IMG/VR virus record: IMGVR_UViG_3300017698_000019
Location: 1-64,000 of that record
Reading direction: 5' to 3' (one strand)
Source of the DNA: a virus
Length of the DNA stretch: 64,000 nucleotides
Shown here: piece after piece, positions 1 through 8,536 of the stretch
Numbering within the stretch: position 1 is the first letter of the stretch
How the letters are laid out: each line of letters starts with the position of its first letter
Made by a program: the position numbers and the translations under genes
The notes under the pieces: model-generated
Databases searched by the model: none
Told to the model about the DNA's origin: nothing
The model's input: only the letters and a program-made list of their open reading frames with translations

Positions 1-1
1 C

Positions 2-562
2 TGGAAGGCTCTGGAACGCCATAACAAAGCCGCCGACAAGGCCGCTGCGAAAGAAGCCAAGGCGAAGGCTCCACCCAAGGAGCGTGGTCTGGCGAAATCG
101 GCCGAGGCCAAGACGGTCAAGCGTCCGAACAAGAAAATGTTCTCGACCATTACGAAGACTGGCGAACACGATGGCACTCAGGGCCGGACGCATCGCTGGC
201 CGAACTACAAGGATGGCATGACTATCGTTGACGTGATCGAGACCGAAGGCACCGAGCCGTGGGACGTCTACAATTGGGCGGGCCAAGGCATCATGACCGT
301 GACCGAGCCGACGGACGAAGAGTTCACTCAGCGCAAGGCGGCATGGTACAAGAAGCACGGCCTCACCGACCCTGAGGAAGCCAAGCGTCTGAAAGCCGAA
401 GAGCGCGCGAAAGCGAAAGCTGAACGGGAAGAAGCCGCCGCTGCCAAGAAGGCCGAGCGCGAAGCTGCCAAGGAAGCCAAAGCCAAAGAACGGGCCGAGG
501 CGAAAGCTGCCAAAGAAAAGGCTGCTGCCGACAAAGCCGCTGCGAAGGCCGCTGCTGAATAA
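2..562 (+). CDS. 5'-truncated ORF; protein with Lys/Ala/Glu-rich histone H1-like tails
   Basis: The frame of track ORF 137..562 stays open to the window edge (WKALERHNKAADKAAAKEAKAKAPPKER...). The last ~55 aa are AKAKAEREEAAAAKKAEREAAKEAKAKERAEAKAAKEKAAADKAAAKAAAE. TAATG overlap with the next gene. Confidence 0.5.
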   Translation, partial: WKALERHNKAADKAAAKEAKAKAPPKERGLAKSAEAKTVKRPNKKMFSTITKTGEHDGTQGRTHRWPNYKDGMTIVDVIETEGTEPWDVYNWAGQGIMTVTEPTDEEFTQRKAAWYKKHGLTDPEEAKRLKAEERAKAKAEREEAAAAKKAEREAAKEAKAKERAEAKAAKEKAAADKAAAKAAAE

Positions 563-1473
563 TGGGCCTTGACAGAGCCAATGCGTTCTTCAGCTTTGTT
601 GAGGAACGCGAACAGATCCGTCTCCGAAAGGAGGCGGATTTGCCATATCCCTGGACCGACGACCCGATCCTCAGGGACTACAAATTCACCAATGTTCACC
701 GCCACCATGATCGTACCAGCCGTGAACTGAGAACGCAATTCTACGATAAACATCGTGGATCTTCCTGCAAGACTCTCCTCATGAACGCTGCTACGTTCCG
801 CTATTTCGGAACGTATGAGTTTGCCTCTGCTTTGGGCTGGACAGAGTTCAGAGACATGGATGACAACCATTGGGAATGGGTGAAAGAACTTGCGGAAGAC
901 AGACTGGCAAACAAAGAACGCGTCTTCACAGGCGCATACGTTATCACGAACCAAGGCATCTCCGCCCCAAAGCAAGAAGTCGTGGTTGATTATTTTCTCA
1001 AGGCTCTTCAGAAGGCAGCCTCGGAAATAGCCGGTCTGGCAATCAACACTCAAAGCTGGGAGAAAGTTGCAGATCGTATGCGACTGATCAATGGTTTCGG
1101 AGGCTCTGGCTTCATGACCAAAGAGATCCTCTTGGACACCACCTATACTAAATTCTGGGACAACATCGTCGATTACCCAGAAGACGGGCAGTTCAGTTTC
1201 CCTGCCGATTGGGATAGCTGGACACCTATTGGTCCAGGAGCGAGACGGGGTGCAGCACGGGTCAACGGAGATGATAGTGCCAAGCCTCTCAAAGAAGAAG
1301 CTGCTGGTGATGTCATTGACAATCTGTTGTTCCAGCAAGACTTGTTTCTGCCAAATGAATGGGACACACTTGCGCCTCACGATATCCAATTCCAGCTTTG
1401 TGAGTTCGACAAGTATGAACGTGTTCGCTTGGGTCAAGGACGACCACGGTCTCGCTACAAAGCACCGAAGTAA
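562..1473 (+). CDS. aGPT-Pplase-like DNA base hypermodification protein (alpha-glutamyl/putrescinyl-thymine pyrophosphorylase family, putative)
   Basis: 303 aa. The block FVEEREQIRLRKEADLPYPWTDDPILRDYKFTNVHRHHDRTS matches my recollection of the aGPT-Pplase signature. The gene is adjacent to ThyA-like and glycosyltransferase genes. Needs HMM confirmation. Confidence 0.5.
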   Translation: MGLDRANAFFSFVEEREQIRLRKEADLPYPWTDDPILRDYKFTNVHRHHDRTSRELRTQFYDKHRGSSCKTLLMNAATFRYFGTYEFASALGWTEFRDMDDNHWEWVKELAEDRLANKERVFTGAYVITNQGISAPKQEVVVDYFLKALQKAASEIAGLAINTQSWEKVADRMRLINGFGGSGFMTKEILLDTTYTKFWDNIVDYPEDGQFSFPADWDSWTPIGPGARRGAARVNGDDSAKPLKEEAAGDVIDNLLFQQDLFLPNEWDTLAPHDIQFQLCEFDKYERVRLGQGRPRSRYKAPK

Positions 1474-1498
1474 TCTGGAAGAGGGCGACAATTAGCAC

Positions 1499-1527
1499 TT
1501 GTCTTTTGCGCCCTCTGCCGCTATGCT
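1499..1527 (+). promoter_or_regulatory. sigma70-like promoter (phage cassette type)
   Basis: TTGTCT-17 nt-TATGCT, preceded by AGCAC. About 30 nt upstream of ATG 1558. Confidence 0.5.
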
Positions 1528-1557
1528 GACCTAACATACCCTTTCGGAGATAGCCCC

Positions 1558-2829
1558 ATGAAGATACTCGTCGCACTTCACAAGTGCATGGACCTCGGCG
1601 GTATTATCGACCATACCGAGCAACTCATTGGCGGTCTCCAAGACCTAGGCCATGATGTTCACCTCAAAGAACTCGTATGGGCGTTCAATGCGCCTGCTCA
1701 ACGTAAGACCGCAGACTGGAGCATCGGCCCAAGCGGTATCCCCCATCATCAAGGAAAGGGCTGGAACTTTGACCGGAAAGATCGTATTCCTTATCGTGGT
1801 GGGGCTGCTCTTAGTGGAGCATCACAAATCCTCCAGCAGTACGACCTCATCATTTGGTCTGTGCCAGTTCCAAGCAAAAACAAAGACAATCTCGGTAATG
1901 ATGACTGGCCAGAGTTGTACGACCTTCCAGAGCGCGTTAAGCAGATTGCGTTCGTCCACGATGGGAATGCAGTGAAAGGAGCAGGTCATCTGCTGGCCAT
2001 TCAGGACCGCCTCTCTGGGCTGGCCTGTGTTCACCCCTGCGCCCTCAATGGTGCCGCCTTCGCCGACGTCCCTCGCACAATGGTTGTCAATCCGCAGCTT
2101 AATCCGGTGCGTCCTTACGCCAAGTGGGAACAGAAGTCTCCCGGCTTCGTAAACATGCAGACCTTCAAGGCGTGGAAGCATGTTCATGAACTGGTCGAAG
2201 CAATCCATTACATGCAGCCAAAGGAAGCCGACGAGTTGCGTGAGATTGCTGGCTTGGGCATCGAGTATCGTTACATGACCAGCGAGGACAAGTGCAAGGA
2301 CGCTTATTTCCATGCTGATGGAGAGAAGTTCTGGGACGCTGCTCTCGAAAACGGCATGACACACCATGATTATTGGGACAAGGACCAAGTTGACAATTAT
2401 CTCAATGAAGCCCGTGTCCTTGTCGATCCGTCATGGTCCAACAACTATTCCAAAGTCGGTGGTCACTTCAACCGCGTGGCTGTAGATGCAATGATGCGAG
2501 GCTGTGTAGTCGTAGCGCGGCAGAAAGGGATGGGTTCGGAATTGTTCCAGTCCGGAGAGCATTATATCTCCATCCCTGAAGATGCTGATGCTCAAGAGTA
2601 TGCAGACCTCGTCCAGTATGCCAGCGGCATCGCACCGAAGACAGCGCAGCGCATGATTGATGCGAACCGCGAAATCCTACCCATGTTTGATCGAAAGACT
2701 GTGGCGCAACGTGTCATTGATCTGGCGCATGGTGAGATCGAAGTGGAGGAAGTCCAAGGGACTGCAACCCATGCAATGAAAACCAAAGTCGAAGATATGT
2801 TGTTCGACCATTTCGGAGTTATACTATAA
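1558..2829 (+). CDS. GT-B fold glycosyltransferase (GT4-like), candidate DNA/base glycosyltransferase
   Basis: 423 aa. MKILVALHKCMDLGGIIDHTEQLIGGLQDLGHDV is a typical GT-B N-terminus. C-terminal HFNRVAVDAMMRGCVVVARQKGMGSELFQSGEHY resembles the donor-binding region. Context: between the aGPT-Pplase-like and ThyA-like genes. Confidence 0.6.
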   Translation: MKILVALHKCMDLGGIIDHTEQLIGGLQDLGHDVHLKELVWAFNAPAQRKTADWSIGPSGIPHHQGKGWNFDRKDRIPYRGGAALSGASQILQQYDLIIWSVPVPSKNKDNLGNDDWPELYDLPERVKQIAFVHDGNAVKGAGHLLAIQDRLSGLACVHPCALNGAAFADVPRTMVVNPQLNPVRPYAKWEQKSPGFVNMQTFKAWKHVHELVEAIHYMQPKEADELREIAGLGIEYRYMTSEDKCKDAYFHADGEKFWDAALENGMTHHDYWDKDQVDNYLNEARVLVDPSWSNNYSKVGGHFNRVAVDAMMRGCVVVARQKGMGSELFQSGEHYISIPEDADAQEYADLVQYASGIAPKTAQRMIDANREILPMFDRKTVAQRVIDLAHGEIEVEEVQGTATHAMKTKVEDMLFDHFGVIL

Positions 2830-3827
2830 TGGATGTCATCACAGTTCGCAACGTCTCAGACGCCCTCGTCTTGGGCACGAAGGTTATCAATGATGTCGGG
2901 GTCCGTCGAGACAGCCGCAATGGTCCTGTCAAGGTAATGCCGATGCCAGTCACCACGATGTATGAAAGCCCAAGAGAAAGGGTCATGCTGCATCCTGAAC
3001 GCGACTGCAATCCTTATTTCCACTTCATGGAATGTCTCTGGATGCTGGCAGGTCGTCGCGACGTGGCCTGGATCTCACAGTTCAGCAAGAACATCGGCAA
3101 CTATACTGATGATGGGATCAATTTCCATGGTGCCTACGGTTATCGCTGGCGCAATCATTTCGATGTCGATGGTGGTGTTCTGGATCAACTTGGAACTATC
3201 GCAGCGTTGCTGAAAAAGAACCCTGATGATCGCCGCACTGTCCTTCAAATGTGGGACGCAAATGCTGACCTTGGTCTCGATGGCAAGGACTTCCCTTGCA
3301 ATCTGGTCATCACCTTTCGCATCAACCCCAACGGCAAATTGGACATGACTGTGTTCAATCGCAGTAACGATATGGTCTGGGGTGCTTACGGTGCCAACGC
3401 AGTTCACATGTCATTCCTGCAAGAAGTTATGGCCGCTTGGATCGGTGTGCCTGTCGGCTTCTACTGGCAGATCAGCACGAACTTCCACGCATATCTTGAC
3501 ACTCTGGCCAAGGTGGAACCCTTGCTGCACAAGCCTGATGGGAAGTCACCTTACGAACTAGGTGAGATAGAACCGTTCCCGGTGGTCGGCACTGACATCG
3601 ACACGTGGCATTCCGAACTGAATATGTTCATGGATGAAGGTCCTGTGATGGGATACACTGATCCATTCTTCAAGAAGGTGGCCGTGCCGATGCTACAGTC
3701 GTGGCAAGCCTGGAAGAACAAAGATGCTCCTGACTTCATGGACAGTGCTGTCTACTTCGCAGATCGCATTGCCGCTACCGACTGGCGTCGGGCCTGCATG
3801 GAATGGCTGGAGCGTCGGGACGTATGA
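2829..3827 (+). CDS. ThyA-family pyrimidine C5-methylene transferase (candidate dUMP hydroxymethylase or divergent thymidylate synthase)
   Basis: 332 aa. Motifs: RDCNPYFHFMECLWMLAGR, AYGYRWR, DQL..LKKNPDDRRTVLQMWD, catalytic Cys in DFPCNLVITF, and NRSNDMVWGAYGANAVH. The Asn is retained, implying uracil specificity. Confidence 0.8.
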   Translation: MDVITVRNVSDALVLGTKVINDVGVRRDSRNGPVKVMPMPVTTMYESPRERVMLHPERDCNPYFHFMECLWMLAGRRDVAWISQFSKNIGNYTDDGINFHGAYGYRWRNHFDVDGGVLDQLGTIAALLKKNPDDRRTVLQMWDANADLGLDGKDFPCNLVITFRINPNGKLDMTVFNRSNDMVWGAYGANAVHMSFLQEVMAAWIGVPVGFYWQISTNFHAYLDTLAKVEPLLHKPDGKSPYELGEIEPFPVVGTDIDTWHSELNMFMDEGPVMGYTDPFFKKVAVPMLQSWQAWKNKDAPDFMDSAVYFADRIAATDWRRACMEWLERRDV

Positions 3828-4456
3828 CTGTGGAAACAAGTCCTGAGGACTACTGCGACGTTCACGGTAAATACAAACCCTGTGAAGGTTGTGAAGAGCC
3901 AGCCGTAATCTATCCGATAGATGGCTTGGTGAACAAAGTCAAATTCACAAGGGAGGCAGCGGCGGTTCGTCGCTGTCATACCCTACCGATCATCGGTGAA
4001 TATATCGTCGGTGGTCACTCCTACAACATGCTCTCGATGCTTCGTCTGTTGCATCCAGACCCACCTATCCGCCTCGTTTGGGCTATCCAGGAACACGACG
4101 TGCCTGAACGTCTCACCGGTGATATACCTGCGCCGACCAAGTGGTTCAAGATTGTGGACAAAGGTCATCTAACCCAAGCAGAGATGTCTATCAACAAAGA
4201 AGTCTTCGGATGGGTCGCTGAACTACAGTTGACCGAAGAAGATCTCAAGTGGCTGCGCGGCTTGGATATCTTGGAACTGTATCTGTTCTGTAAAGATCAG
4301 TTGATGCTAGGCAACCAGAATGTTCTTGTGATGAAGGCTCGCATTGAGCGTTTCATCAATCGTGAGAAGCATATGTTTGCGCCAGAAGTTCTGAACTTCT
4401 ACTTCTCCCTCCAAGATCACTCGTGGCATATGTGCCCTGATCTCGGAGACGTCTAA
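3824..4456 (+). CDS. HD-domain phosphohydrolase, YfbR-like 5'-deoxynucleotidase (putative)
   Basis: ATGA overlap with the ThyA-like stop. RCHTLP..GEYIVGGHSYNMLSML and QEHDVPERLTGDIPAPTKWF resemble YfbR H...HD...D motifs. Confidence 0.6.
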   Translation: MTVETSPEDYCDVHGKYKPCEGCEEPAVIYPIDGLVNKVKFTREAAAVRRCHTLPIIGEYIVGGHSYNMLSMLRLLHPDPPIRLVWAIQEHDVPERLTGDIPAPTKWFKIVDKGHLTQAEMSINKEVFGWVAELQLTEEDLKWLRGLDILELYLFCKDQLMLGNQNVLVMKARIERFINREKHMFAPEVLNFYFSLQDHSWHMCPDLGDV

Positions 4457-5343
4457 TGAGCCACGATCGTGATGTCAAATACTGTGAATGTGGTAAGTCC
4501 CTATGGGACGGAGCAACTTGCAATTGCAAGGAATTGAAGATGGAATATATGTCCGGACCTATTGATCGTAAATGCACCTGCGGTCAAGAAGTATTCGTTA
4601 TCGGCAAAATATGGTGCCAACTATGTGAACCAAAGGAAGAACTACCTATGAAAGCGACACAAGTCGGCGGAGACCACTATCAAGCGAACTATCAACATTG
4701 GGATTGGGCTGGTGATGTCCGCCTCGGTTACTACGAGAGCGCGGCTTCCAAGTATGCCTTCCGCTGGTACAAGAAGAACGGCATCGAAGATTTGGACAAA
4801 GCACGGTCTTACCTGCTGAAAGCCAAGGAGATGTTCTTGGAAGGCCGTTGGGACAACCAATGTCTGCACGTTGATAGCTGGCCGCTGGCTCGTGACAAAG
4901 CTGAAAGTATGTTCGCAACCTTCTGCGACGAGGCAACTGTGCCGATGGTCGAGGCTGATTTGTGTCTTGCAATTGCCCAATGGAAGAATGACGTGGACCT
5001 CAGCGTTATCATTGGCCAATTGGGAGCGCATATAGAAGCCGCACAGGCGCAAGTTGATGCTGGCGGCACCCTTGGCCCATTGGCACCCCTAGCCGCGCCA
5101 CAGGCGGCAAAAACAGGGGGTAGCGGACAAGCTGGTGGCACTACCACCCACCCACCCGCATCCAGCGCGTCCGTAGAGCTCGCAATGAAGCAGTTTGGCC
5201 CGTGTCCATGTGGCTGCGGACGTCCTCGCGCCAAGAACCAGAACTATGCGACGCTGGATTGTGCGAAGAATGCTCGCGCTGATGAACTCGGTAAAGGGAC
5301 TAACCACCCTGCTCCTTTCGGATATGTTCCCGGTGATCTATGA
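4456..5343 (+). CDS. DUF3310 (SaV-like) phage protein with N-terminal Cys-rich segment
   Basis: 295 aa. VGGDHYQANYQHWDW...AASKYAFRWYKKNGIEDLDKARSYL is the DUF3310-type block. N-terminus carries CxC/CxxC clusters. The central A/P/G/T-rich linker is encoded by GC-rich repeat copy 5075..5181. Confidence 0.6.
   Translation: MSHDRDVKYCECGKSLWDGATCNCKELKMEYMSGPIDRKCTCGQEVFVIGKIWCQLCEPKEELPMKATQVGGDHYQANYQHWDWAGDVRLGYYESAASKYAFRWYKKNGIEDLDKARSYLLKAKEMFLEGRWDNQCLHVDSWPLARDKAESMFATFCDEATVPMVEADLCLAIAQWKNDVDLSVIIGQLGAHIEAAQAQVDAGGTLGPLAPLAAPQAAKTGGSGQAGGTTTHPPASSASVELAMKQFGPCPCGCGRPRAKNQNYATLDCAKNARADELGKGTNHPAPFGYVPGDL
5075..5181 (-). repeat. GC-rich repeat element copy (core CTCTACGGACGCGCTGG on minus strand), in-frame inside a CDS
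   Basis: 5162..5178 CCAGCGCGTCCGTAGAG is the reverse complement of the 17-mer at 27014..27030. The GC-rich stretch upstream (CCTAGCCGCGCCACAGGCGG...) resembles the copies at 56846..56960 and 45001..45030. Confidence 0.7.
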
Positions 5344-5825
5344 GCAGGTTCGCAACATTTGTGAAATGGCTGGTGACACCCAAGAGAAAAGCTGACTTTC
5401 TCATTGGGCCGAACCCTCATGATCCTTACATGAGGCGATGGTATCTCATTCGTCGGAACAACAAGTTCAACATCTATCTGCATCAGATGCTGCATGATGA
5501 TGACGATCAAGCACCGCACGATCATCCATGGTGGAGCCTATCTCTTTGCCTGTCTGGTGTGATCAAGGAATATGAGACACCGGCCGAACCGAACTTCCTT
5601 GGGTCCAAGTTGCGGATCAACATTATTAAGAAGGGCATGTGGAAATGGCGAGGTAAAGAATACATTCACCGCTTGGTTCTTCCAGAGGGTGAAGCCTGGA
5701 CTTTGTTCATTACGGGACCGAAAGCGAGAGTTTGGGGTTTTCATTGCCCCAAGGGCTTTGTAGTATGGCATAAGTTCTTGGACAGCCGTGCCAAGACTGG
5801 TCGTGGTTGCGGGGAAATGGAATGA
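5340..5825 (+). CDS. hypothetical protein
   Basis: 161 aa. ATGA overlap upstream. Conserved-looking block YLHQMLHDDDDQAPHDHPWW. Function unknown. Confidence 0.6.
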   Translation: MSRFATFVKWLVTPKRKADFLIGPNPHDPYMRRWYLIRRNNKFNIYLHQMLHDDDDQAPHDHPWWSLSLCLSGVIKEYETPAEPNFLGSKLRINIIKKGMWKWRGKEYIHRLVLPEGEAWTLFITGPKARVWGFHCPKGFVVWHKFLDSRAKTGRGCGEME

Positions 5826-6220
5826 TCATTAAGGGATGGGCCTCGGTCTGGGGTGAATGCGACAGTCACAGTGATATAACAGTGAAAGGAAGCTTTAAGA
5901 AAGATCTCAAGAAGTTCACTTATACAAGACCGATGCTTCTGCACCATGAGAAATCACAAATCATCGGCCGCTGGGACTTGATTAAAGAGAAGAAGTATGG
6001 TCTTTGGTGTGAAGGCACAGTGCTAGACGATGACGCTATCTTCTGGATCAAAGAACACTGCCTCTCTGGACTATCTATCGGCTACGCTGGCCGAAGCGAA
6101 GACAGAAAACGCGGTCTACGCAGATTGAAGCGGCTTGAGTTGGAAGAGATCTCTGTGACATCAATCCCCGCTAACAGGGCGGCAAGAATTATGGAGATCA
6201 TTGATGGCAAAGCAGACTAA
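5822..6220 (+). CDS. HK97-family prohead protease-like domain protein (Peptidase S78/U35-like), orphan location
   Basis: ATG 5822 overlaps the upstream stop (ATGA). IKGWASVWGECDSHSDITVKGSFKK...PMLLHHEKSQIIGRW...KYGLWCEG...LSGLSIGY...LEEISVTSIPANRAARI follows the S78 pattern, including the H and S positions. Confidence 0.6.
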   Translation: MIIKGWASVWGECDSHSDITVKGSFKKDLKKFTYTRPMLLHHEKSQIIGRWDLIKEKKYGLWCEGTVLDDDAIFWIKEHCLSGLSIGYAGRSEDRKRGLRRLKRLELEEISVTSIPANRAARIMEIIDGKAD

Positions 6221-8279
6221 ACAAGCCCATGCAAAGAGTCTCAATGATGGATCAGCAGCAATTCAAATGTCGATGTTCACCCCAGAGGCAGACTGGAGAC
6301 CACCGTCTATTGGAGATCTTCCTTCTTGGGCTGGAGCAAAGCGCATCGCGATTGATGCCGAAACTAGAGATCCCTCCCTTGGTAATGGGTTGGGAACAGG
6401 CCAAATGCGTGACGGTTATACAGTCGGATGGGCCTTCGCCATTGACGGGGGTCCGAAACACTACCTCCCATTCCGCCATGAAGGCGGCGATAATCTGGAC
6501 CAAGAGCAGGTCCTCCGCTACCTCAGATCAAACATTAAAAACTTTACTGGAGAATATGTCGGAGCAAATCTCGCGTATGATGTCGACTACGGTTATAACG
6601 ACGGATTTGATTGGCATCGTGACGCAAAGTTTAGAGACATCCAGATTGCCGATCCCCTGCTCTATGAACTCCATTGGTCATACTCTTTGGCAAACATCGG
6701 TGAACGATGTGGCGTCGAGGCTAAAGATGAAACCCTATTGGTGGAAGCTGCTAAAGCCTATGGACTTGACGCCAAGAAAGGTCTCTGGAGACTACCGGCT
6801 CGGTTCGTTGGTAAGTACGGGGAGCAAGATGTCACTTCGCCGCTCGAAATTCTCAAAATCCAAGAGGAAAAGATCGAAAAAGCGGGTCTCCGTGAAATCT
6901 GGGATCTCGAGACGGACGTCCTCCCTGTTCTCGTAAGGATGCGTCGCCGTGGTGTGCGTATTGACTTTGATAAGCTAGACTCCATTGAAAAGTGGGCCTT
7001 GGAAGAAGAACAGAAGTCTATTGATCTGGTGAAGCGTGAGACTGGCGTCTCCATTGGGCTAGACAACATCTGGAAACCGAACGTCATTGCACCCGCTCTC
7101 GAAGACATCGGTATGCGGCTCAATAAGACTTCCACTGGCGCACCACAGATTGATAAGGCTTTGCTCGGAGGCGCAGACCATCCAGTGCCAGAGGCAATCC
7201 TTCATGCTCGCAAGGTCAACAAGATTAGGACAACCTTCGCTGCATCAATTCATAAGTATGCAGTCAACGGTAAGATCCACTGTTCATTCAAGCAAATCGC
7301 AGCAGAAGATGAACAAGGCAGGCAGAAAGGTGTCCGGTATGGTAGACTATCAGCCGTTGATCCTAACTTGCAACAACAACCAAGCCCTGATCGTGATCCA
7401 ATAATTGCTGGTGAATGGCGCAAGATCTTCATCCCTGAAGAAGGAGCAATCTGGGGCTGCAATGACTACTCACAGCAGGAACCACGATGGACAACACACT
7501 TCGCCGCCCTTATGGATTTCCCAAAAGCGAGAGAAGCAGCCAAGCGTTATCGTGATGACCCAAGCACAGATAACCATGAGATGATGACACGTATCGTGAA
7601 CGGCGATGCAGCAGTCGACAAATGGATGGAGATGGACCCAAAGCAATTCAAGTTGGAGCGAGGGTTCTCCAAGGCGATCTACCTTGGGCTATGCTACGGA
7701 GAAGGCGGCGCTAAACTCTGCATGGACATCGGTAAGCCTACTCGCTGGGCGCATATCTCAGGATGGGGCAAGAAACGCCGCATTGATTACTACGAAGACA
7801 AGCAAGAAGCGATGGCCGCACGTATGGAAGCCGGAACAGGATATTACAAGGAGATGGCCGGTGAGGAGGGACAGGAGATCCTGGATAAGTTCGACAGAGA
7901 GGCTCCGTTTGTTGGCGCTCTGGCTAAGGCAGCTACGGCGAGAGCGGAGGGCAAGGGCTTTGTCAAGACTATACTTAATCGTCACTTGCATTTTGAGCAG
8001 CGTGATGATGGCTCTTATGATTTTACCCATAAAGCACTCAATCGAGTTATTCAAGGTTCTTCTGCAGATCAGACTAAACTTGCCTTGGTAGAAATCGATA
8101 AAACAGATGCTTATCTGCAATTGCAGGTTCATGATGAGACAGATGGCAGCTACGGTTCAGTCGCAGAAGCCGTTGCAGTTGGAGACATCATGAGAGACTG
8201 CATTCTTACTCGCTGCAAACCTTTGGTCCCGTTCAAAGTTGACACCGAGACAGGACCTAGTTGGGGAGAAATCAAATAA
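6204..8279 (+). CDS. family A DNA polymerase with 3'-5' exonuclease domain
   Basis: Exo motif IAIDAETRD. Motif A NDYSQQEPR, DPNLQQQP, motif B RGFSKAIYLGLCYGEG, motif C LQVHDE. ATG 6204 lies one codon after TTG 6201. Confidence 0.9.
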   Translation: MAKQTKQAHAKSLNDGSAAIQMSMFTPEADWRPPSIGDLPSWAGAKRIAIDAETRDPSLGNGLGTGQMRDGYTVGWAFAIDGGPKHYLPFRHEGGDNLDQEQVLRYLRSNIKNFTGEYVGANLAYDVDYGYNDGFDWHRDAKFRDIQIADPLLYELHWSYSLANIGERCGVEAKDETLLVEAAKAYGLDAKKGLWRLPARFVGKYGEQDVTSPLEILKIQEEKIEKAGLREIWDLETDVLPVLVRMRRRGVRIDFDKLDSIEKWALEEEQKSIDLVKRETGVSIGLDNIWKPNVIAPALEDIGMRLNKTSTGAPQIDKALLGGADHPVPEAILHARKVNKIRTTFAASIHKYAVNGKIHCSFKQIAAEDEQGRQKGVRYGRLSAVDPNLQQQPSPDRDPIIAGEWRKIFIPEEGAIWGCNDYSQQEPRWTTHFAALMDFPKAREAAKRYRDDPSTDNHEMMTRIVNGDAAVDKWMEMDPKQFKLERGFSKAIYLGLCYGEGGAKLCMDIGKPTRWAHISGWGKKRRIDYYEDKQEAMAARMEAGTGYYKEMAGEEGQEILDKFDREAPFVGALAKAATARAEGKGFVKTILNRHLHFEQRDDGSYDFTHKALNRVIQGSSADQTKLALVEIDKTDAYLQLQVHDETDGSYGSVAEAVAVGDIMRDCILTRCKPLVPFKVDTETGPSWGEIK

Positions 8280-8350
8280 TCGGAATATCCTAAAATTTTG
8301 CGGCGCTCGCGTCATGTTAGATCTGGATTAGTAGTCAAAAGAGGGAAGTT

Positions 8351-8536
8351 ATGACTAAATCAAACATAGTGGACTTAAACGCCACTTTGCAGGCTGAGAC
8401 CGAAATGGCTCGCTGCTTCAAATTTGAGGAGGATGGTCCAGATGTATGGATACCAAAATCCCAACACGAATGGGATGAACACGATTGGGTCGTCTCAGTA
8501 CCTGAAAACGTAGCTATTGAGAAAGGCTTGGTATGA
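8351..8536 (+). CDS. hypothetical protein
   Basis: 61 aa. GAGGGAAG RBS 5 nt upstream. ATGA coupling to the next gene. Confidence 0.5.
   Translation: MTKSNIVDLNATLQAETEMARCFKFEEDGPDVWIPKSQHEWDEHDWVVSVPENVAIEKGLV

Noticed and set aside
328-1491. 387-aa minus-strand ORF opposite the first two genes. Similar long antisense ORFs occur at 22970..23608, 25276..25890, 28531..29187, 37620..38681, 40859..41551, 44797..45402 and 45662..46348.
   Set aside because: They lie exactly opposite well-supported + strand genes with recognisable motifs. They have skewed, low-complexity compositions (R/S/A/L-rich) and lack RBS or coupling signals. These are shadow ORFs.
6229-6936. 235-aa alternative-frame ORF inside the DNA polymerase gene. 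Similar internal + strand ORFs include 7606..8091, 11161..11535, 12001..12438 and 48441..48851.
   Set aside because: They are nested out-of-frame within genes that have strong motif support. Their compositions are atypical.
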